DNA of 13,108 nucleotides from PVC group bacterium (GTDB taxonomy: Bacteria > GCA-001730085 > JADFSZ01). The stretch spans positions 1 to 13,108 of the forward strand of contig JADFSZ010000026.1 of NCBI GenBank assembly GCA_022560555.1, written 5' to 3'. Below, one piece after another: positions 6,837 through 13,108 of this stretch (within the stretch, counting starts at the first letter, position 1; the number at the start of each line of letters is the position of its first letter). A model generated the notes under the pieces. The model did no database searches. It saw only the letters and a program-made list of their open reading frames with translations, and was not told the origin of the DNA. Made by a program: the position numbers and the translations under genes.

Positions 6837-6888
6837 TATATCAACTTGCTTAATTATCTGTAAATTTTCATCATAAAAGAGGATTATC

Positions 6889-8610
6889 ATGAGCGGGACA
6901 GAAAAAACACGGACCGGAGCGGAGGCTCTTGTACAATGCCTTGAAAATCATGGAGTTGAGTATATTTTCGGCCTCTCCGGGGGAGCCGCTATTCCGATAT
7001 TTGACGCTCTTGTGGACTCAAAAATCAAACTGATCCTCGTTCGGCATGAACAAGGCGCCACCCATATGGCGGACGGTTATGCAAGAGCGACAGGAAGGCC
7101 CGGGGTTGTGCTTGTTACTTCAGGCCCCGGAGCCACCAATACTGTGACGGGAATCATGACGGCCAAAATGGATTCTGTTCCCATGATTGTTCTTACGGGC
7201 CAAACCCCCACGTTTGTTTTGGGAAAAGACGCTTTTCAGGAAGCCGATATTCTTGGCATTACGCTGCCTATTGTAAAGCATAGTTACCTTGTCAAGCAAT
7301 CCAATGATATTCCGCGCATCGTGAATGAGGCCTTTCACATTACGAACACCGGCCGGCCCGGCCCGGTCCTCATTGATTTACCAAAAGATATAACATCAGG
7401 GGTGTGTACGGCTGCCTTAGATTCTCCCATGGATCTTCCGGGGTATCCCGAAGAGGCCAAGTTGGATCAAGCGGGTATTCTAAAAATGGCGGAATTGTTG
7501 AATCAGTCTCAAAGACCGCTTCTTCTGATCGGACACGGCGCCGTGATCGCTCGAGCGGGTAAAGCCGTCGTTAAGCTCGCAGAAAAACTAAATTCTCCTG
7601 TAACCAATACCCTTTTAGGAAAGGGGGCTTTCCCCGAAACACATTGCCTGAGTGTGGGCATGTTGGGAATGCATGGAACCGCCTACGCGAATAAAGCTTT
7701 AACACGTTGTGATCTGATTTTTTCCATCGGTTCACGTTGGGATGATAGAATTAACGGAGACACAAAGAAATTTTGTGTCGGAGCTAAAAGACTTCATGTG
7801 GATATTGATCCGGCGGAAATCGGCAAAATCCTGTCTCCCGATGCGTACGCGATCGGAGATGCGCGTAAAATCATCGAAGAACTTGTGAAACATGTCAAAC
7901 CCTTGGATACGAAAGATTGGATCAAAGAGCTTAACGGATATAAGAAAAAATATCCGCTCAAATATAAAAAACAGGGTGGACTCAAAGCGCAGCACGTTAT
8001 TGACGAGATGTATAAAGTGACAAAAGGAAAAGTTATTGTGACAACAGATGTCGGGCAGCATCAGATGTGGGCCGCGCAGTTTTTTCTTATCGATGAGCCC
8101 GATACATGGCTCACGTCCGGCGGTGCCGGTACGATGGGGTATGGGTTTCCGGCCGCTATCGGCGCTCAGTTCGGATGTCCCGATAAAACAGTTGTGGCTA
8201 TTGTCGGTGACGGTGGATTTCAAATGACGTTGTCTGAATTGGCGACAGCCGTGATTCATAAACTCCACCTGAAGGTTCTTATTATTGACAACAAATATCT
8301 CGGAATGGTCCGTCAGTGGCAGGAGCTCTTTTTTGATAACCGTTTGAGCGGGGTGGATCTCAAAGGGAATCCGGATTTTGTGAAATTGGCCGAAGCGTAC
8401 GGGGCAAAAGCTTTTCGCATTAAACGTTCGGCGGATGTCAGAAAAGTTCTCACGAAAGCGATGGAATATAATGACGGCCCTTGCGTGATTCACGCGGAAG
8501 TGATCAAGGAAGATAACGTGTTCCCGATGATTCCCGCGGGGAAATCCGCCTATGACATGATCATTGAAAAACCGAAGAAGAGGATGGAAAAACCTACAGG
8601 AAGCACGTAA
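6889..8610 (+). CDS. ilvB: Acetolactate synthase (acetohydroxyacid synthase) large catalytic subunit, biosynthetic type, 573 aa
   Basis: [33 protein letters not shown] (E. coli IlvI [33 protein letters not shown]), [23 protein letters not shown], and the ThDP motif GDGGFQM...NN-like [14 protein letters not shown]. It is followed by a small-subunit gene. Confidence 0.94.
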   Translation: [573 protein letters not shown]

Positions 8611-8613
8611 AAA

Positions 8614-8815
8614 CAGTAATTGGTAAATCGTAAATGGGAAATGGTATAAGAACAAAAGATCAAAAACAAAAACTGGTAAATGGTTAAAAGATACAAGGAT
8701 ACAAGACACAAGATGCAAAGATACAAGGTGCATGATCACAAAGTCACAAGACATATGCACAATGACAAATGACGAATGAATGATGAAACGTGAAAAATTA
8801 AAATAAGGATACAAC
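8614..8815 (+). repeat. Degenerate heptamer (7-nt) tandem-repeat blocks filling the ilvB-ilvN spacer
   Basis: Read in a 7-nt register. Block 1: CAGTAAT TGGTAAA TCGTAAA TGGGAAA TGGTATA (8614-8648). Block 2: ATACAAG GATACAA GACACAA GATGCAA (8691-8718). Block 3: AATGACA AATGACG AATGAAT GATGAAA CGTGAAA (8761-8795). By hand count the spacer 8611-8815 is about 51% A and 12% C. Confidence 0.75.
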
Positions 8816-9349
8816 ATGGAGAAGGTGCAAACATCCGCAACAGAACAAAAACTGACCAGAAGGGAAATGCATACCATCAGCGTTTTTGTGGCCAATAAAC
8901 CGGGTGTGCTGGTTAGAATCGCGCTGGTGTTTGCCAGGCGCGGTTTCAATGTCGATTCTCTCGTCGTGTCGCCTGCCTTAGACGGGCATTATTCACGGAT
9001 GACAATTACGGCTCTCGGAGATCGCGAAACACTGATTCAAATCATTAAACAGGTTGGGAAATTGGTGGATGTTATTCGAGTGACAGAACATATAGAACAA
9101 GCAGTGGTAGAAAAAGAATTTGCTTTGATTAAGGTTGCCGCGGATGCAGCAAAAAGGGCCGAAGTCATGCTTCTGGTAGATCACTTTAAGGCCCAAACTG
9201 TCGACTTTACCGAAGACTCGCTGATTATTCAAGTGACCGGTAATACAGAAAAGCTGGATTCATTTATTAGTTTGCTGGAAAAATACGGCATTATTGAAAT
9301 TGTTCGGACGGGAAAAGTTTTGATGGCCCGCGGAAAAGAAAAAACATAA
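8816..9349 (+). CDS. ilvN: Acetolactate synthase small (regulatory) subunit, ACT-domain type, 177 aa
   Basis: HTISVFVANKPGVLVRIALVFARRGFNVDSLVVSP...SRMTI aligns with E. coli IlvH [36 protein letters not shown]...SRMTI. The C-terminal IVRTGKVLMARG matches VARSGVVGLSRG. ATG 8816 has a good AAGGA Shine-Dalgarno (8805-8809). Homology only begins at the internal ATG 8867, which is an alternative start. Confidence 0.9.
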   Translation: MEKVQTSATEQKLTRREMHTISVFVANKPGVLVRIALVFARRGFNVDSLVVSPALDGHYSRMTITALGDRETLIQIIKQVGKLVDVIRVTEHIEQAVVEKEFALIKVAADAAKRAEVMLLVDHFKAQTVDFTEDSLIIQVTGNTEKLDSFISLLEKYGIIEIVRTGKVLMARGKEKT

Positions 9350-9353
9350 TTCC

Positions 9354-9430
9354 GTAAATGGTAAACAGTAAACGGTGAACAGTAAACTGTAAATGACAAA
9401 TGACAAATGACAAAATCCGAATGACAAAAA
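9354..9430 (+). repeat. Eleven consecutive degenerate heptamers directly after the ilvN stop
   Basis: GTAAATG GTAAACA GTAAACG GTGAACA GTAAACT GTAAATG ACAAATG ACAAATG ACAAAAT CCGAATG ACAAAAA. The register is unbroken for 77 nt and starts 4 nt after the TAA at 9347-9349. Confidence 0.85.
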
Positions 9431-9441
9431 ACTCAGTTAAC

Positions 9442-9467
9442 GAAAAAACAAGGCGAAATATCCTTGT
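9442..9467 (-). terminator. Terminator-like hairpin that is correctly oriented only for the minus strand
   Basis: ACAAGG (9448-9453) / CCTTGT (9462-9467) form a 6-bp stem with an 8-nt loop. On the minus strand the stem is followed by TTTTTTC (complement of 9442-9448). On the plus strand no T-tract follows it. The stem is short and only 50% GC. Confidence 0.3.
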
Positions 9468-9656
9468 CCAAAAAGCCCCGCGTTAAAATCTAAAAACTAA
9501 GCATTATCAAAGCCGCTCTTGAATAGCGAAAAATGTTCTTCAAGATTCTGATTCTTGACGATTTTCACGGGTTCGTGTAAGGTTAGTAACCTCAGAAGAA
9601 TTTTGTGATCGCGTGTGCCGATCGACAGCACTCAAACTCAAATATTATGGACTTAT

Positions 9657-10805
9657 ATGAAACGCATTGTATATCTGGATAATGCGGCAACGACAAAACC
9701 GCTTCCGGCTGTAATACGAGCCGTATCAGAGTCGATGGAGGAGGATTTTGGAAATCCTTCGAGTCTTCACAACTTGGGTGTACATGCTCAGGATGTTTTT
9801 ATTGCGGCGAAAAGAGAAATTGCCGAATTTGCCGGATTGCCCTCCGAGTGGCTCATTATCACAGGAGGGGCCACGGAAGCTAATCAAACAGTTCTACTGC
9901 ATGGAACGAGAAAAGCCAATAAAAAACGGAATCATATCCTGATGTCCGACATAGAACACCCCTCGTCCCGAGAAGCCGTCGGGGGCCTTAAAGAAAAAGG
10001 TTATGAAGTGGAATGGATGAAGCCGGACGCTTTAGGTGTGATTTCACCCGAATCGGTCAGTCAAAAAATCCGTCCGGAAACGGAACTAGTCAGTATCATC
10101 GGCATTCATAATGAAATCGGTGTTAAACAGGATATCACCGGGATCTATCGGGCTATCAAATCCGCCAATCCCCAGACGCGTTTTCATGTGGACGGTGTGC
10201 AGTGGTTCGCAAAATATTCTTTGCCGGGAGTTTCTCACATGCCGGATTTTTTTACGTGGTCGAGTCATAAATTCCACGGGCCTCGAGGAATCGGGGGGAT
10301 ATTTAAGCGTCCGGCCATATCCATGGAGCCGTTGATTCGGGGAGGCGGACAGGAACGTGGAATGAGAAGCGGAACCGAAAATGTTGCCGGTACTATCGGA
10401 ACCGCTGCGGCTCTAAAGGGACTCATCTTAGAAGAATACCAAAAGAAAATGATTCCGCTTCAAGAAAGAATTTATCAGAGTGTCCTTTCATCGAAAGACA
10501 TGGTTTGGATCGGCCCGCCTCCGGGGAAGGATCGATCATGTTTTATATCCCTTTTTAGTATTGTGAACAAAAAAAGCGAAGTTTTTATCCATGAATTAGA
10601 GTCTCAGAATATTTTTGTTTCTTCCGGAAGCGCCTGTTCTGAAAAAAGCCAGAAAGATAAAACTTTTTGGAAAGATTTTTCTATTGACGCACGTGTCCTT
10701 GATGGACTCATTCGTGTGTCATTCGGACTTTTGACGACCGAAGACGATGTTGAGCGTTTTTGTGAGACGGTCCAAAGACTGATGACCAAAGAGCCGGCCC
10801 TATGA
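9657..10805 (+). CDS. Class V aminotransferase-fold cysteine desulfurase (NifS/IscS group; NifZ-like partner of ThiI), 382 aa
   Basis: MKRIVYLDNAATT start, PLP-lysine context SSHKFHGPRGIGG, RSGTENV, and an active-site cysteine loop SSGSACSEKS. Start placed at ATG 9657. The ORF-track start 9615 is a GTG adding 14 non-homologous residues. The stop overlaps the thiI ATG. Confidence 0.88.
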   Translation: MKRIVYLDNAATTKPLPAVIRAVSESMEEDFGNPSSLHNLGVHAQDVFIAAKREIAEFAGLPSEWLIITGGATEANQTVLLHGTRKANKKRNHILMSDIEHPSSREAVGGLKEKGYEVEWMKPDALGVISPESVSQKIRPETELVSIIGIHNEIGVKQDITGIYRAIKSANPQTRFHVDGVQWFAKYSLPGVSHMPDFFTWSSHKFHGPRGIGGIFKRPAISMEPLIRGGGQERGMRSGTENVAGTIGTAAALKGLILEEYQKKMIPLQERIYQSVLSSKDMVWIGPPPGKDRSCFISLFSIVNKKSEVFIHELESQNIFVSSGSACSEKSQKDKTFWKDFSIDARVLDGLIRVSFGLLTTEDDVERFCETVQRLMTKEPAL

Positions 10806-11968
10806 AGGCTCTCGTGCTTGTTAGATATGGTGAAATTGCCCTCAAGAAAGGGAACCGAAGCCGGTTTGAGAAAATCCTCGTCAAGAATATTCGTGCACGC
10901 TTGGTTGCTTTCAAAGACCTTCACATTCATTCTAGTGAAGGTCGAATCCTGATTGATACAAGCGGGGACACAAGAGAAGTTCTTCATGAGGCCGCGGGTG
11001 TTTTTGGCGTGGTCGGAACTCGTCTGATTTATAAAGTCCCAACAGAATGGGAAGAAATATTGTCCGGCGCGTTATCCATATTAAAAGATGATCCGCGAAC
11101 GCATTCGGCCAAAATATTTGCTATTCGAGCGAAACGTAAATATAAAGGGTTTCCTTTCACAAGCGAAGATATCGGACGTGAACTCGGCAGTCAGGTGATT
11201 GACACATTCCCGAACTGGACGGTCGGTCTAAAGAATCCCGAAGTCTGCGTACGCGTGGATGTTCATAAAGATGATACGTATATTTCTGTCGAGGAAGTTC
11301 AAGGTCCCGGAGGATTGCCTGTCGGGACAGCCGGACGTCTTGGGTTCCTTTTATCCGGTGGAATTGATTCACCCGTGGCCGGATATCTGATGCAAAAACG
11401 CGGGGCTGAAATTTTCCCGATTTATTTTCACAGTTTTCCCTATACGGGTAACCAAGCTCTCAACAAAGTGAAGGATCTTGCACGTGTACTGGCCCGGAAT
11501 CAGTTTCGGATGGATATGTGGATTGTGCATTTCACGCATATTCAGGAAACAATTCATGAGCGCTGCCTTCCGCGGTATGGAGTGATTCTCAATCGCCGGA
11601 TGATGGTGCGGTTGGCCGAAAAAATATCTCTTAAGGAAAACTATGCCGGGCTTGTGACCGGAGACTGTTTGGGTCAAGTCGCGTCCCAAACGTTAGGCAA
11701 TATGGACGCTGTGGGACAAGCTACGGGCATGCAAATTTATCGACCGATTCTTACCTATGATAAAACCGAGATTACAAAAAAAGCGCGTTTGATCGGAACA
11801 TATGATATTTCTATTCGCCCCTATGAAGATTGCTGTACATTATTTGTTGATACGCATCCCACCACGAATGCCGGACAAGACATCATTCGGACCGAAGAGA
11901 AGAAGCTCGATATTGAAGAACTCATTGAGGATGCCCTCAAGAAGACGAAAATAGAAAAGATTAAATAA
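10802..11968 (+). CDS. thiI: tRNA 4-thiouridine(8) synthase ThiI, short form without a C-terminal rhodanese domain, 388 aa
   Basis: N-terminal ferredoxin-like/THUMP region (VRYGEIALKKGNRSRFE), PP-loop LLSGGIDSPVAGYLM, and GDCLGQVASQTL and PYEDCCTLF blocks as in Bacillus-type ThiI. At 388 aa, against about 480 aa for E. coli ThiI, there is no room for a rhodanese domain. Confidence 0.92.
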   Translation: MKALVLVRYGEIALKKGNRSRFEKILVKNIRARLVAFKDLHIHSSEGRILIDTSGDTREVLHEAAGVFGVVGTRLIYKVPTEWEEILSGALSILKDDPRTHSAKIFAIRAKRKYKGFPFTSEDIGRELGSQVIDTFPNWTVGLKNPEVCVRVDVHKDDTYISVEEVQGPGGLPVGTAGRLGFLLSGGIDSPVAGYLMQKRGAEIFPIYFHSFPYTGNQALNKVKDLARVLARNQFRMDMWIVHFTHIQETIHERCLPRYGVILNRRMMVRLAEKISLKENYAGLVTGDCLGQVASQTLGNMDAVGQATGMQIYRPILTYDKTEITKKARLIGTYDISIRPYEDCCTLFVDTHPTTNAGQDIIRTEEKKLDIEELIEDALKKTKIEKIK

Positions 11969-11971
11969 AAG

Positions 11972-11999
11972 TTGTAAATAGTACGTGGTAATTGGTTCC
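11972..11999 (+). repeat. Four heptamers of the same TGGTAAA family after the thiI stop
   Basis: TTGTAAA TAGTACG TGGTAAT TGGTTCC, starting 4 nt after the TAA at 11966-11968. Confidence 0.5.
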
Positions 12000-12000
12000 A

Positions 12001-12046
12001 AAAGAAATAAGGGCAGAGGTGATAACCTTCTGCCCTTATCGTTTTT
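12001..12046. terminator. Bidirectional rho-independent terminator between convergent thiI and fbaB
   Basis: TAAGGGCAGA (12008-12017) pairs with TCTGCCCTTA (12029-12038) as a 10-bp stem with an 11-nt loop. On the plus strand it is followed by TCGTTTTT (12039-12046). On the minus strand it is followed by TTTCTTT (complement of 12001-12007). Confidence 0.78.
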
Positions 12047-12047
12047 A

Positions 12048-12075
12048 AAGACGAATACCAATTTACAAATACCTA
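12048..12075 (-). repeat. Four heptamers of the TGGTAAA family after the fbaB stop, oriented with fbaB
   Basis: Read on the minus strand: TAGGTAT TTGTAAA TTGGTAT TCGTCTT. They start 11 nt after the fbaB stop codon (12088-12086). Confidence 0.45.
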
Positions 12076-12085
12076 CGTACGGTCT

Positions 12086-13108
12086 TTATGCGATGGTGAT
12101 GTCCTTACAGAGGTAAACATCCTGAATCAGATTAAGAAGCTGAACGCCTTCCTTCATGGGGCGCTGAAACGCTTTGCGTCCGCTGATTAAACCCATTCCG
12201 CCCGCGCGCTTATTGATAACAGCCGTTGTGACCGCTTCGGCAAAATCATCAGCACCGGAAGCGCCTCCCGAGTTAATCAATCCCATCCGGCCCATATAAT
12301 TATTCACGACTTGGTAACGTGTCAGATCAATCGGATGGTCAGATGAAAGTTCCGTATACATTCGCTCATCATATTTTCCGTAGGATTTTCCCTGGGCATT
12401 CACAGCTTTATATCCGCCGTTCAGAGTAGGGAGTTTTTGTTTGATAATATCGGCTTCGATCGTGACGCCCAGATGATTGGCTTGACCCGTTAAATCGGCG
12501 CTGGTGTGGTAGTCTTGGCCTTCAGTCTTAAACGCGCTGTTTCTCAAGTAGCACCAGAGAATGGTTGCTAAACCGCATTTATGAGCCATTTCAAAAGCCT
12601 TGCTCACTTCAACGATTTGACGCGTGCTTTCATTCGATCCAAAATAGATCGTCGCGCCGACGGCAACAGCCCCCATGTCGCGGGCCTGTTTAATCGATGC
12701 GAAAAAGACCTGATCAAATTTGTTCGGATATGTGAGGATTTCGTTGTGATTCAATTTTAGAATAAAAGGGATTTGGTGGGCGTATTTCCTGGCCACAGAG
12801 CCAAGAACCCCCAGCGTAGACGCGACAGCATTGCAACCGCCTTCAATCGCAAGTTTTATGATGTTTTCCGAATCAAAATAAATCGGGTTTTTTGCGAACG
12901 AGGCTCCGGCCGAATGCTCGATCCCCTGGTCTACGGGTAAAATTGACATGTAGCCGGTTCCACCGAGACGACCGTGACTAAAAAGCTTTTGAAGGCTGCC
13001 TAACACGGGTGTGGGTCTGTCGGAATGAGTAAAAATCCGGTTCACCCAATCCGGGCCCGGGAGGTGCAAGGATTCTTTAGAGATCGTTTTGCAGGTATGA
13101 TCCAGTAA
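12086..13108 (-). CDS. fbaB: Class I fructose-bisphosphate aldolase, FbaB/DhnA type; N-terminus lies outside the window
   Basis: Near-collinear with E. coli FbaB: [30 protein letters not shown] vs [80 protein letters not shown], ending DITIA vs KITIA. The listed start at 13069 is a TTG. The frame stays open to position 13108 ([21 protein letters not shown] vs E. coli LLQHRCMTIPSDQLYLPGHDY), so the gene continues beyond the window. Confidence 0.93.
   Translation of the reverse strand, partial: LLDHTCKTISKESLHLPGPDWVNRIFTHSDRPTPVLGSLQKLFSHGRLGGTGYMSILPVDQGIEHSAGASFAKNPIYFDSENIIKLAIEGGCNAVASTLGVLGSVARKYAHQIPFILKLNHNEILTYPNKFDQVFFASIKQARDMGAVAVGATIYFGSNESTRQIVEVSKAFEMAHKCGLATILWCYLRNSAFKTEGQDYHTSADLTGQANHLGVTIEADIIKQKLPTLNGGYKAVNAQGKSYGKYDERMYTELSSDHPIDLTRYQVVNNYMGRMGLINSGGASGADDFAEAVTTAVINKRAGGMGLISGRKAFQRPMKEGVQLLNLIQDVYLCKDITIA

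Noticed and set aside
6549-6888. T-box or classical leader-peptide attenuator upstream of ilvB; also tiny ORFs MKKYAFL (6693..6716), MHFYEI and MRYKN
   Set aside because: There is no T-box conserved sequence, no GC-rich terminator/antiterminator pair, and the tiny ORFs lack a Shine-Dalgarno and branched-chain codon runs. They are expected noise in a very AT-rich region. The 45-codon ORF is kept only as a low-interest finding.
7732-8949. 405-aa minus-strand ORF, the second-longest ORF on that strand
   Set aside because: It runs antisense to the 3' third of a clearly homologous ilvB, through the heptamer spacer, and into the 5' end of ilvN. Its translation is low-complexity (LVSLHLVSCILVSF..., FVFDLLFLYHF...). 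It exists only because the complement of the A-rich, TAA/TGA-containing repeats lacks stop codons. No recognisable domain.
8611-9430. Possibility that the short repeats are a CRISPR array or a phase-variable simple sequence repeat
   Set aside because: The period is only 7 nt, with no repeat-spacer organisation and no cas genes, so this is not CRISPR. The units are too degenerate (few identical neighbours) to behave as a slipped-strand contingency tract, and they lie outside coding or promoter spacing positions.
9615-9656. GTG start at 9615 for the cysteine desulfurase
   Set aside because: Homology to NifS/IscS N-termini (MK.IYLDNAATT) begins exactly at ATG 9657. The 14 upstream residues are not family-like.
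1-13108. Search for mobile elements, defence systems, tRNA/rRNA genes or genomic-island boundaries
   Set aside because: I found no transposase, integrase, recombinase or nuclease-like ORFs, no long terminal inverted or direct repeats, and no tRNA-like T-loop/acceptor patterns. Every ORF longer than 100 aa that is not antisense noise has a clear housekeeping identity.

Overview
This 13.1 kb, moderately AT-rich bacterial window contains 13 intact-looking protein genes (two cut by the window edges). All are housekeeping metabolism or cofactor genes. I recognise no transposase, integrase, CRISPR array, toxin-antitoxin, restriction or other defence-type gene, and no tRNA or rRNA. Gene order: the 3' part of a 2-oxoacid dehydrogenase E2 acyltransferase. 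Then a co-directional run of a rare-type gamma-glutamylcysteine ligase, glutathione synthetase (gshB), a CPFC glutaredoxin, a BolA-family protein and a CGFS monothiol glutaredoxin (grxD). This run converges, with an 8-nt 3' overlap, on a minus-strand pair, nadA followed by an Mrp/NBP35 ATPase fused to DUF971. Next come a 432-nt AT-rich divergent promoter region, ilvB, a 205-nt repeat-filled spacer, the acetolactate synthase small subunit, and a NifS/NifZ-like cysteine desulfurase whose stop overlaps (ATGA) a rhodanese-less thiI. A bidirectional terminator and a 5'-truncated class I aldolase (fbaB, minus strand) close the window. Two things deserve a second look. (1) The 5.3 kb cluster puts glutathione synthesis, Grx/BolA [2Fe-2S] trafficking proteins, an HCF101-like [4Fe-4S] carrier and the Fe-S enzyme NadA side by side. 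(2) A family of degenerate, strand-oriented 7-nt tandem repeats (TGGTAAA / GTAAAYR / ACAAATG / GAYRCAA types) starts 3-11 nt after the stop codons of ilvB, ilvN, thiI and fbaB. One such array splits the normally adjacent ilvB-ilvN pair. All functional calls rest on motifs I recognise by eye and on recalled family knowledge. No database search was possible, and the organism cannot be assigned from the sequence alone.
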